A DNA stretch of 64,000 nucleotides from Callorhinchus milii (taxonomy: Eukaryota). Made by a program: the position numbers and the translations under genes. The notes under the pieces were generated by a model. That model was not told where the DNA came from. It saw only the letters and a program-made list of their open reading frames with translations, and searched no databases. The stretch covers positions 72,480,001 to 72,544,000 of the forward strand of contig NW_024704742.1 of assembly GCF_018977255.1 (NCBI RefSeq), read 5' to 3'. Shown here in pieces: positions 37,435-50,129 of the stretch. Every line of letters begins with the position of its first letter. Position 1 is the stretch's first letter.

Positions 37435-38869
37435 CTGTTGAAGAAGACAAATGTACGCATGACTCCCTGAATAATGCCAAGCTCTCTGCAAACATGGAAC
37501 CACACTAGAGGCAGCCTGTACAGACTGACTGCTTAGGTGGTTCCTTTTCACCAGTTTCAATAACAAGTTATGGATGAAGATGGCTCTTCAACCAACTTGA
37601 TCTCATCTTACTAAATGACTTGTCGTGGCAGCATTAAGCTATTTCTTCAATGCTACAACAGATGTATGGTCACTACACATATCAGAGAAAACCAAACATC
37701 TGGGATGAACAGCCACTAGAAAACAAGACTGACTGAACTTACACAAACACAGAATGCTGGAACCTACCTGACAACCAAAGCACCTGAAATCCGAGAACCA
37801 GCAGCATGCAAAGCCTTAGTGTAGCGTAAAGAATGACATTACATGTCCATGCAACACAGAGAGCAGCACATCTCCTTCACTACACAAGCACACTCAACAC
37901 TGTAGAGAGAGATCCTAACTGAAGTGATCAGAATTGGAACACAATTGAGATATTTGATAAACTGTCTGCATCACCCAATCTGGTTCAATTCCAATTCAAA
38001 ACAAACCTTTCAGCGTTAATTCCTAGGCACAAAGGCTTTCTTTGCTATTCACCATTTTAAATGTACCATTCCATTCATTATTGTAGAAGAAACCAATAAT
38101 AAATTTTAACTAGACTCATGAAGTATGTTTTTAGGATGACTCTAGAAATATGTATTTTGTGTCTGAGTTGCAAAGTTGTACTAAGGATTAACAGAATTTG
38201 AGATGCTTTAAGTTTTGTTGAAAATACAGGAATGAGGCACAGCACTGAGATCGTCTTTTACTGTCTGCCCACATCAGCTAAAAAACTGTCCCGTAACATC
38301 AGCAGCTGGAGCTGCTCATAATGATGTACAATTTACCCAATAAAGCTACAAGCTGCCACTCTAAATTGGGACTTGCTCTGGGCAGAAACCCAACTTCCCA
38401 GATAGACAATGTTCCTTTACCTGGCAATTAATATCATTCGGTTTGTGCACTGAACATTGCTGTAAGGCCTGACAAGAATGGAATAAAACTTAAAAAAGCC
38501 TCAGGTTCTGTTAATCTCTAGTTAACTTCATAACTCAAAATACGTATTTCTAGATTTGTTTTGGTAACAGAAATTTGTTCCTGTCCAAGTGCTATTAAGC
38601 AGATTTTTGTTATCTATTTGCTTTGGTTTTCATCAGTCTGGTTACATTTGTCTACATATCCCAGTTTCTGAATGGCTGTCTCAATTGTGAAAAGCCTGGG
38701 AAATTAAGATGAACACAGTAAAATCACCAGAAACAGAACATCTTGGTCAGCTGCAGTATTCAGTGGGATGAAAGAATCACCCTAAGGTGATGCAAATGTT
38801 AGTTGTTAATAAAATCAGTGCATAACAATTTTATCTTACTTAACAAACCGCCAACAATATATCTCAGCA

Positions 38870-39920
38870 AATGTTTTTTCCTCCTGCCCCATCCGGTCAC
38901 CTGTGGGGTACGCCAAGGCTCCATTCTTGGTCCACTTCTTTTTCTCATCTACACACTTCCTCTCGGTGATGTCACCCGCAGACATGAGGTCAACTTCCAC
39001 ATGTATGCGGATGACACACAAATCTACTTCTCCTCCTCCAGCTGTGACTCCCAGTCCGCTGATGTCCTGCCAGATTGTTTAACATCAAGCCCTGGATGAG
39101 TACAAATTTCCTGCATCTGAATGCTGGCAAGACAGAAACCGTACTCTTTGGCTTCCGTCAAAGTCTTCTCTCCTGTAGGTCTCAAATCCGCAACTTCCCC
39201 GGGCTCTCTCTCAGACTAAGTGTGCAACTTAGGCATCAGGTTTGATTCCCAGCTTTCCTTTCTACCCCACATCCGTTCCCTGACAAGGACCAAATTTTTC
39301 CACCTCCGTCACATTGCCCGCCTCCATCCGTACCTCACAACCAACGCAGCCAAAACCCTCGTCCACGCCTTCGTCACTTCATGGCTGGACTATTCCAATG
39401 CCCTCCTCGCTGATGTCCCCAGCTCCACCATAAACAAAATTCAATTAATTAAAAACTCCGCCGCTTGGATACTCACCCGCACAAAACTCCACAGCCCCAT
39501 CACACCAGTCCTTACCAGGCTACACTGGCTCCCAATTACCGAACGGAACGTTATCAAGATCGTCCCACTCATTTTCAAATCCCTTCATGCCCACATACCT
39601 AATCTGCTTAACCCCACTCCACCACTCGCTGCCTCTGCTCAGCTGCCTCCTGTTTGTCGCTCATTCCCTCCGCTCCACCATCGGTGGCCGTGCCTTCAGT
39701 CACACTTCAAAACTCTGGAAATCTCTCCCTCAATCACTCCACCTTGCCCCTACCCTCTCCACTTTCAAATCTCGCCTAAAGACCTTCCTTTTTGATCGTG
39801 TTTACAGTCACCTTCTCTCTCCCTCTCACACTGGCTCGGTGTTACACTCCACCACTGTCAAGGGCTCCAGGAAGCTACCCTGCATGAAGGGCGCTATATA
39901 AATGCAAGTTGTAGTTGTTT
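38870..39920 (+). mobile_element. L2 LINE, 5'-truncated
   Basis: [37 protein letters not shown]; tail CTACCCTGCATGAAGGGCGCTATATAAAT. Confidence 0.92.
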
Positions 39921-41478
39921 AACGACAGCAACACCTACCTGCTGTGCAAGGCTTCCATGCTTTCCATGAATTTGAGCTTAGTTGAAATGGACTCTTCTAA
40001 CTCACCAGCCTTAAGCAACTTACAGACTGTCAACTAACACTGTACTACTGGAATGAAAATCTGTTGTTTTAAATTAAATAACTCGAGTGCGCATAAAGAT
40101 AGTTTGGTAACTAATACCACTATTTATTGCACAAGCTTAGGCAGTACTAATCCTGTGGTGAAGACACAATATGGAAACATTCTGGACTATGGGGTATATA
40201 ACTGTTCTTTTTACTGATGAATGTATAAGTATTTCTAACAGTGTATTAGATCTACACCTCCCATTAAATTCAGAACAAAAATTTGATAAAAGTTTTTCAA
40301 AATCAAAATACTGCCAAGCTATCAGAGTACATGACATTGGATATCCTTTTCTGGTTAAAGTAATATAATCTTAACATTGGTAGAGTGTAGTCGTAAGGAT
40401 ATATACATCACAGCAGGATTTTGTGGTTGGGTGTTCTGAAATCAATCACTCAAAAGGCAGGCTGCCTTCTCACATGGTCTGAAATATCTTACCAGTTGGA
40501 GAGTAAACTGAAGCGTCTCAGTGGTCAAAACAACGAATGTACATAAGGCAGTAGAATAAGAAACTTTAAAGGTTTTTAAAAAATTTGAACAAAACCCTGA
40601 AAATTAAAAGGATTTGGGATAATTAGGATATGACACTGAGAAAATCTAGGTGAGGTCAGCTAGATAGAATAATGCTCTACTCCTGCCTGAAACTCCTATG
40701 TGCTAAGGTAAGCAACAATAAATATACCAGAGAACCCTCTAGTGGCCACACTTCCTCAACATAAAGTTACAGTATTGTAACAGTCAACAGTATGAAATGT
40801 ACTATCAGACCTACTTATTTATCAGCTGCACAGAAAGCCAAAAATGGCTGATCATTTCATGTCTTTTGTTCTTCTTCAGAAAAATAAGTTGCAGGAAGCA
40901 TACAAACCCATTTCATTCAATCACTCCAGCGCACATAAAGGTAGTTTAGTCATTAACTACATGCAACACCACGGCAAACATGCAATTGTGTAAACTAATT
41001 TCTTTTTCCCCATTCAAAGTACTGAAATTAAAAACAATATCTGACCATGGAATGCAATGTTTGTAATATTTGAATGAAACATCAGGCAATAGATTTATAC
41101 CAAACACCCACTTTAATCGATAGGAGCAAGTCAACCAAATTGAATTCAGCAGCTCACTGAGCTATTGGATCAATCGATGACTTTTATTCTACAGACGTCT
41201 GCATAATGGATTATAGAACCTGATTTTCTGAAATGCATTTGGATCAAGAAGATGAGTGTGTGGACAGGAATAACCATCTGAAGAGGGCGGATTTTCTTTG
41301 GTTTGAGCCAAGTATCTGTCAGGTTGGTCAGAACTCACATTAGTGCCTTATCTTAAGCTTCAGTATGAAAGCCTTCAGGGTCAAAATTCTACTGAGAACT
41401 CAAGGTTCTGTTAACTATGCTCCCAAAGTGTTGATCATAACAATGCTCGTCAAATTGAACTTAGAGAGTCAAACTTAC

Positions 41479-41563
41479 CTGAGGACAGAAAACATCTTGG
41501 CCATCTTGCCGATTGCCCGAATCTTGTTCCTAATGACCTCTTTACGAGCAGCAGCAGATGCAC
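41479..41563 (-). CDS. PPP3CA: Calcineurin A exon 11 equivalent (85 nt): calmodulin-binding domain
   Basis: TTGCTAG acceptor, GTAAGT donor; encodes [29 protein letters not shown]. Confidence 0.97.
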
Positions 41564-43451
41564 CTAGCAAGACACAAGGTTTGTTAATTTCATTGCAATC
41601 ACTCATTCCTTGCTACATATCCAACCCAGTTTTAGCCTCAGAGTTTCAAGGCCATTACAAATTGTGCTATCACCAGCTCAGATTTTCACCAGGGTACCTT
41701 GAATATAATTCCCAAGCTGAAATGACAAATCTTTCAGCTGAATCTAATAATGTGGAGCATTTTTGAGCAATACACAAGTACCCTTTCTCCAGATTAAAAC
41801 CTTGAAATGTGCACATTTGTCAATGGGAGTAGGTTATTCATCAGTCTATAAAGTCTGTTTCACAATTTAATTTAGACCATGGTCTTTTCCCACCTTTTTT
41901 CATATCCCTTAATTTGAATTTATTCATGTGTTGCCCATTTACTGCAGATTGAGCGGGTCACTCCATTCATACAAGCCAGGATTCAGTTTTCACATGACAT
42001 TTCTACATGGACCTTCCCCAACAATTGTAGTGGACGTAATGGACAGGAACAAGTGGTGAATTGTGATGTTAAAACAAGGGCTGTGCATTCTTTTTATTAG
42101 AATCTCCTTTTTGCCAACTAGTTTATATTTTTACAACACAAATGTTTTCTGTGGCATTCGTTTTATATTTAGTAATTTGAATCCTGGCATATAATATATA
42201 AAATGACTATTAGGTGCTTATACTGTCAAACCTCTCAGTTTTCATTCATGGGATGTAAATACAGTTTTGGATTCCTTTCTGATCTTCAGACCAATTTAGT
42301 TTACATCAGCTCATTAGTAAGCAGATCAGAAGCAATGTGCTGTCTCAGCATCACAGTTACTGCCTGAAGTGGCTTGAGATTTATTCTCAGCAAACCTCAG
42401 GAGAGCCCAACATGAAGAGAATGAAGGTTGCTGAATCAAGGTCTTGATCACAGAAATAATTAAACAGAAATTCAATCTCAGTTCCCTCCCCCCAAAAAAT
42501 TATTCTCTAATATATTACTAATGTATTCAGAAGCTGCCTACCAGAATTTAATCCTTATTTTAATTACAATTCTTCAGGATATGCAATTTTCTAAAAATTA
42601 TGGCTGACACAATTGAGGGGTAATAGCTCTATATAATAATACTTGCATTTAATATAACGCCTTATCACTTCTTCGAAAAACATCTCAAAGCACTTCACAG
42701 TATATACCGTTAAGTGAATTGAGTGTATATGTTGTGGGTGAAACGAGGCAGCCAAAATATATGCATTCTAAATACATGTTATTTACCCAGAATATCCAAA
42801 TAAGAATACTGCAAACTGGTAACATTGGCAAAGTATCACAAAGTGTACAACTATCGTAATTTTTTTTAAAAAGGTGTATGTGATCTGAGCATCTTAGATA
42901 ATGGCTTTTTGTTTCTCAATGCAATGAGAATAACTCTCATTAGAAAATGTCAATTTCTCGATGTGTTATCATTTGCAATCATTATTTCCTGCCCTGCAAC
43001 TCAAATCCCGAAAAGGCAATTCAGAAAGAATTAATAATAATTCTTCCATTGTATTAAGTAGTCAACATAGAGCAGAAAGAACTGGTTTTGGCCTTTATGT
43101 ATAGATGGAAGTCTTAAGAAATGTATTAACCTTGTATTGATGATCTCTGAATGGGACAGTACACACAGTACTACTAGTCAATGAATAGTATGGTACAAAC
43201 AGTACCAGTCACTGAATGGGAAGGTGCTAGTCGCTGTGGTGCCTTTTGAAAACCTGATTGTTACGAGCTCAGCGTCCCCAATGGCATCCCTTTTGTATTT
43301 GTGCCAACACAGGCATTGAAAGCCCTTATTAACCCAAAACCTTTTGGGACACTTTCCAAGTATTTGATATCAATTAGAAGCTGCTCACAGACAGAATACC
43401 AAAGAGAATTGGCACCCACTCATCTGATCACCTCCAGTATGTGTATTAATA

Positions 43452-43862
43452 TGGAGTCCTGTAGCTTAATGGTTAGAGCACTTGCTTCATAAGCGATAGA
43501 ATCTGGGTTTGATTCCCGGTCAGGGCTAAACATTGGGTGACACGCCTCTGTTTACCTAGCAGTAAATAGGAACCTCTGTTCCACACGCCTCTGTTTACCT
43601 AACAGTAAATAGGAACCCGATTGGTGGATTACTTTTCCAGGGGTAATAATCCCTTTGAAAAAAAAAGAAATTAAATTTTTAAAAAAAAATTTGGTTATTC
43701 AATCCACGACTGTTTGTGTGACATTGCTGTGCGCAATTGGCTGCCGTGTTTTGCCCATAAAATATACAGTTAGTTAATTTTTCAGTATATTCTGTGAAGC
43801 ACTTTGAGGCATCTCGAAGACGTGATAAGGCGCAATATGAAACACAAGGATTATTATTATTA
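43452..43862 (+). mobile_element. tRNA-derived SINE with an internal ~35-bp duplication
   Basis: CACGCCTCTGTTTACCTARCAGTAAATAGGAACC occurs twice. Confidence 0.88.
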
Positions 43863-45879
43863 ACATAAGCTTATTGTTTTTAAATGCTTTGGATTTCCCT
43901 GAAGGCTCCTAGGCATACAGGCTCATTAACAAATATCACTGCATTAAAATGGTTCAGTAATATTCCCACGTGAAGACAGATCAGCAGCTCTATTCTGGGA
44001 TTCTTTCTAGACACACAAACAAATCGACTCTCCACAAGCAAACCAACTCTCCATAAGCAATTGGCTGTGACTACTCTGATCACACACATCTCTCCAGGTC
44101 ACCATTTTGTGTTTGTCACCATAAGTTGTGCTCTGCAATTGGCTAGGACTTGCTCAACTGACTCAACTAGTGAAGCAAGTCCAAGAGGCAAACAGCTCAG
44201 GGATATGAGGCCTTACACTTTTAAAGAATCCAGTGTTCAAATTGTTGGAGCCAGCAGTTAGGTATTAGTTAGGCTGTTACAATCCTGCTCTGTATCATTT
44301 AGAAAATGAGGATTAGGTTATCAGTGCAAATTTAAAATTGCTGGGTACCTTTAGAGGTAGTAAAAGCTTTGGAATGGACAAATCAGAAATGGGAGGCCAG
44401 CAACTTTTGGGTTAAACATTTAGCAGCTTGACTTAATTTATGCTGGTCAAAATCTGAATTAAATTGATTATATCCAGCTGCCTTGTGAAACTGATAACAG
44501 GGCATAGACAAATGGCCCAAAGCCTCAGATTACAGGAGCATCTAAAAGTGTAGCTTGATCAGCTGCTATGTCTCAAACATGTTTTATTGCAGCCACTCCT
44601 GAGACTTATTCCTACAATATCTTGCCCATACACCAATAAAACTTGAAGCACTTTGTGAGATGATCTCCTAAGATGAATATGTGGTATAAATTCAACTTAT
44701 TGTTGATGAAGCCAAACTGCGACAGCCAAAGATCTAAACCACTGAAAACTCAATTCAGCACAAGTGCAATATATTAATAATAATAATAATCCTCGCATTT
44801 GGTATAGCGGCTGTCACGACATTGAAATGTCCCAGAGCGCTTCACAGGATTTACTGTAAAATGTGTACTTGTAGTGAAATATTAATTTCAAAGACTTGCA
44901 TGTTCTTGTGTAAAGACAGAATTTCACATTGGTAAAGTTATTCTTTGTAGCTTTATCAACGTGTTGTCAATGATTACATCACTTGTGAAACACCTATTCA
45001 TATCTTATATTTGTAACAAGCACACCAAACCCCATGGTACTAGAGCCAAGACCATTTTTGACCATTTTCCTGGTTTTGTTGCTCTCAAGTCATTTAATTA
45101 GTACCTTTCTTCTGGCCATAAATGAGCTGTTCTTCTCATGAGAAAGTCCAGAAAATAAAGAGACAGAAAGATCAGTAGGAAGTTGGAAGGATGGAAACAA
45201 AATAGATAGAAATATCTGACAGAACCAATGGAAAATTAATGCGTTTAAAACCAAACTCTGTGAAAACAGAAGAAAAACAGATTAGATCAAGGAAAAAAAA
45301 GATTTAAAAAAATAACTTTATGGAAAGGTGATGAAAATAAAGAAGCAGTGTGATAAATTGTTAATTTTCCAGTGTCCTTTCAAACAGGTTAGTTGAGTCC
45401 TTGACAGTCATTTTGTAAGTAATGTAATTACTGTACAAAGAGTGCAGATCACTGGCAGATGCCTGATCGAGATAGTCTTTAATGCAAATGGATTTGTTGT
45501 CCACAGTGATAAAGAAAAATGAACAGACATGAAATATTACACAGATGAATGTTGTTAGGGCCATATCACAAAATCCAGAATTCTTTGCAATATAATTTAA
45601 AAAAACGACTTATTTATAAGGCTGGTGCCCTAAGGACCTATGTCTGGCTTCCTGTACTGCACATTGCATTAGTAGGTTTGTTTGCACTTGCTGTCAATGT
45701 ACAAGCTCACTTGCTTGCAGTAGTAATTTTGGCTGCTCATTGGATCAATGTACAACCTAACCTCAGACTCCAACCATAGGAAGTTAGCCTGCATTTTCGT
45801 CACGATGTGCGTTCAAAACTATTACCACAAGCAGGTTAGATTGTGGATTGCATGGCTTGGGGCACAAGCAGTGTGACAG

Positions 45880-46155
45880 TCGAGCCACCATTGGTGGTCG
45901 GGCAAGCAACATCACTGTCCCCACACTCTGGAACTCTATCCCTTAATCCCTCCACCTCACCCCCTCTCTTGCCTTCTTCAAGTTCCGTCTGAAGACTTTC
46001 CCCTTCGATCGTGCCTTCGGCCACCCTCCCACCTCCCCTGCCCTCCTCCCTTTCTGACACCAACTCCCAGCTCGGGTCCAAAACCCCTGATTGTCCAGTG
46101 CCCTGGGATGTCTTTCCAACTTAAGGGCGCTATACAATTATAATTTGGTGGTATT
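45880..46155 (+). mobile_element. L2 LINE 3' end
   Basis: Similar to 13195-13490. Confidence 0.8.
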
Positions 46156-46675
46156 GTCATATCATGACCTGATGAGTTCATGGTCATTTTTAGTGCAGAA
46201 ACTAACAAGCTTTCAACACAGATTCACAATGACATGGGTGTCATCATGATTAACCTGTAATCTCACCCTGTTATAGTGTGGGTTGGGATTTTATGGCCCC
46301 AAACTCAACGTGTTTATAACAGGGCTGCACTGTATGAGACATTTCCTCATAGAGGAGAATTCAAAGCGTTGACCAATGTTTATCCCCCACTGTGGTAAGG
46401 AAATTAGGACAATTTGTACAAAAGAAAGCAGATTGCTGATATAGCCAAACAAAGAAAGCAGAAAACAATTAAATGAGCATTAAAAAAAATGACAAAAGAT
46501 GAAATAGGTATTAGTGCCGTTAGAGAGAATAAGGTAGAAAAATCTTGAGGACACAATACAATTATTAGTCCTGGCCTTCAAGTGTGAGAGTAAAGGATCT
46601 TTGGCTTAACTTCTGTTCTGCACAAGAGGACTTTAAGCACAAGCATTTGGTGCCATTTCAGACTTGCTTTCTTAC

Positions 46676-46753
46676 CATCAAAGCCGTCCTCCCCATCAGT
46701 CATCAGTTCGTCATCGGAGCAGATACTTAACACATTCACCAACATCTCAGTTA
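46676..46753 (-). CDS. PPP3CA: Calcineurin A exon 10 equivalent (78 nt)
   Basis: TTTCTAG acceptor, GTAAGA donor; encodes [26 protein letters not shown]. Confidence 0.96.
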
Positions 46754-47358
46754 CTAGAAAGACAGGACAAACACAATATCAGCACACTCTGAGCAGCATT
46801 AAGCAACTCTGACAGACAGGATGATTGATTTGCCCAATTGCAGAATTTGAGGCATGAACAGAAAAAGATGATCACAAACATATTCCTAATGTGCACCGAT
46901 TTCTGTACATACAAGGCTTGAATGCTCTGTGCTTTACATATAATTTGCCAATCTATTACCAACCAACTTGTGTCATATTGTGTACTTTGTTTCGTTGACA
47001 TCACACAGAACATACTTGATGACAGATTGCTGGTTAACAGTGTACAATGGCTATACAATAGAGTTAGAAATCATTTTAAAAAATGCAGCACCAAAATGCT
47101 CTGTTCCTATAAATCCATCCACAGGTCTTCAAAGGTACACCCACTTACTCACTGGCCCCAAACGTTCAAATGAGATTGATGAAATTCATGGTATACTTCT
47201 TTGCAACCCTGACCAACTTATTCAGAGTGACCCAAAAATTGTGATAACATTATAATGTCTAATAAGTCTTAAAGAAATGATGATGTATACATATATATTT
47301 TAGAATAAGGGTAGATATCATGTGACTTTTTGGTCACCCTATATTAGGGTTGGTGGAA

Positions 47359-47731
47359 ATAATACTAATAAATAATCCTTGCATTTGATATAGCACCTTA
47401 TCATGTCTTTGAGACATCTCAATGGGCTTCACAGAATATACTGCAAAATGAATTGACTGTATATTTTATGGGTGAAACGCGGCAGCCAATTGGGGAACAG
47501 CAGTGTCCCACAAACAGTCATGGTTTGAATGACCAATTTAAAAAAAAAATGTTTTTAACAGAATTATTACCCCTGGAAAAGTGATTAGCCAATTGACTAA
47601 AAACCGGGTACCTACTTACTACAGAGGCGTGTGGAGTAAGGAACTTGCCAATATTTCACCCTGCCGGGAATCAAACCCAGGTCTCTCGCTTGCAAGGCAA
47701 GTGCTGTAACCACTGAGCTACAGGACTCCAC
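47359..47731 (-). mobile_element. tRNA-derived SINE, full length
   Basis: Head at 47731, tail at 47359. Confidence 0.9.
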
Positions 47732-47989
47732 AAGTGTGGAGTTAGTTTGATTAGGTCATTCAGATTGTATCAAAAAGGTCACCAGCCACCACTGTTCCAG
47801 ATGCAGGGACATTTCCATGTGTAGGTGGCATACCTTAGTCTCACTCTCTTAGACAAACAAAATCTGATCCTAGAATTAAGTGCCAAATCACCACTTGAAC
47901 TGCAACCCATCCTTCCTCAGCCCTGCCACCCATCTTCACCCCTCCCCACTTCCCGCCCTCTCCCCCCTTCCTTTTGAAATGCTCCTAAA

Positions 47990-48357
47990 ATCATGTAGTG
48001 TATTGGTTAGCATGCTCGCCTCGCAAGTGAGAGGACCTGGGTTTGGTTCCCTGGCAGGACGAAATCTTTGGCAAATTTTCTCACTCCACACGCCTCTATT
48101 TTAGCTAGCAGTAAGTAGGAACCCAGTTGTTAGTGGATCGGTGGTTTGCTTTCCAGGGTAGTTATCCAATATATTAAAAAAATGCCACTCAATCCACGAC
48201 TGTTTATGGGACATTGCTGTGCGTAATTGGCTGCCGTGTTTCACCCACAAAATACACAATCAACCGACTTTACAGTATATTCTGTGAAGCACTTTGAGAC
48301 GTCTCAACGATGTGATAAGATGCTACATTAAATGCAAGGATTATTATTATTATTATT
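47990..48357 (+). mobile_element. tRNA-derived SINE, full length, head-to-head with the previous copy
   Basis: Head, body, core and (TTA)n tail. Confidence 0.88.
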
Positions 48358-49289
48358 AGCTATCTAACTCTGCACGCTGCCCACATACAATGCTGAGCAT
48401 CAAACCTTGGCCTCGTTGTCTACGTAGCATCTACATACCAAGGGAACAAAACCTTATCTAAATGAACCAGAGTGACCTGGATTTTGTAACTACTTTGGCA
48501 AAAGAGCTTCGGAATGTTGCTATGGAATACAAACATACAGTAGCAACACCCCGGCAAAAAAATCTCTTATGCAATGATTTGGACACATCAGTATAATTTG
48601 ATAGCAAGCAGGTCATATACTTAACAGTATCTGGCTTTCCTCTATACCTGCAGAGGATAAGCAGTATGAAAAACCCCTTCGTTGCACTAAAAGAGTGTTA
48701 TTTTACACTTCACAGAGAGAAACTGCTGGGTACATCGCAGCTGGCATCCAAATGTAAAGAAAGTGGGGACTTCTTGCAGGCTTTTTTTTACAAAAAGAAA
48801 ACATTTAGTACGTAATAAGCCTTCTAGCACAATGCTGGAGATGTAATGTTTCATGCGGAGTACCACTTTGCTATTGGCGTTGATCTCAGCTCAGAATCAT
48901 TGGAGCAAATGAGAGTAACAGAACAGAACACAAGTTTGCTGCAAGCTCATGTTCACACCCCACAAGACAGGCAACGATTGCTTTCTTGCTGCTCAAAGAT
49001 ACTTAGTAAGGTACAGCAAATTCAGATTGCATAGCACTGGGCACACGGCAGAGAAAATCATTGTTGCAAATGTATAGCATTATACAATGCATAGATATAT
49101 TTGGAGAAAAATATGGTGCACGAAAGGGGCTCTGAATATTGAACATATCACTTTCAATTTCCAGACATGGGAGGGTGGGGGGCAGGGTGGAGAGGGAAAT
49201 AGCAAGCAGGTTTTTAAAAAAATCTTGTAAAAATCTCCAGCTTTTGAATACAAGTTTACCAATGAAGAAGGTATGATCAATGATGTTTG

Positions 49290-49740
49290 CAATACACTGA
49301 CTGGACTACATTGTGTTCAGTTTTAGTCAAAGTTCCATAAAGATAGATACATGGAAGAGAAAGATATATGAGAACATGTACAGATAATATGAACACTACT
49401 GGTGCCACATGTGAAGGGAATGGGCTATGAAGAACGATAAGAGATTGAAAACATTATATGTATATTAGACATTAAATGATATAGATTAAGGCAAACTCAG
49501 ACCAATACTTCAAAGACAGGGAGGACACTGAGGTCAGAGAACATCTATGCAAATCAACGTGAAGTAAACTCACGAACAGAGGTTAGGAAAACCGCTCATC
49601 AAATGGTTACAAATGTTTGGAATCTCCTGAGCACAGAGAACAGAGACTAAACAAGAGTTACTCAGTTCATGGAGAGTTTATGCAATGAACATCATTGGGC
49701 CAAAAGGCTTTTTTCTCATCCTGGACTTTCATTATAATTT
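49290..49740 (+). mobile_element. Old CR1 3' fragment
   Basis: LDYIVFSF and KGMGYEER-like remnants, then a CR1-like 3'UTR. Confidence 0.5.
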
Positions 49741-49902
49741 GATATAAATCCATCTATCAGACATACAAAACATGGGTGGGGGGAAAGAGTAGGAATAATG
49801 TAAATAAAATCACTAAACAGAAAAAAGGAGTCAGATCAGTAAATCAGCACTACAGCTAAGAGGTTACTAATAGATACAAGCAGAGCTTGTACAGATTTTG
49901 TA

Positions 49903-50120
49903 TCTTACTGTGTATTTTGTGGGTTCAACACGGCAGCCAATTGCACACAGCAATGTCCCACAAACAGCCATGGCGTAAATAACCAATTTTTTGGGGGTGA
50001 TTATCAGCCAGGACATCAGGACAGAGAACCTCCCTTCTCTTTTCGAGTAGTGCTGCTGGAGATCTTTAACGTCCGCCTAAACAGGCAGACGGGAACTTGG
50101 TTTAACATCTTATCCAAAGG
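49903..50120 (-). mobile_element. Deu-domain SINE fragment
   Basis: Reverse complement of GGATAAGATGTTAAACC..GGACGTTAAAGATC..GTCCTGGC plus the core. Confidence 0.7.
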
Positions 50121-50129
50121 ACAGGACAG

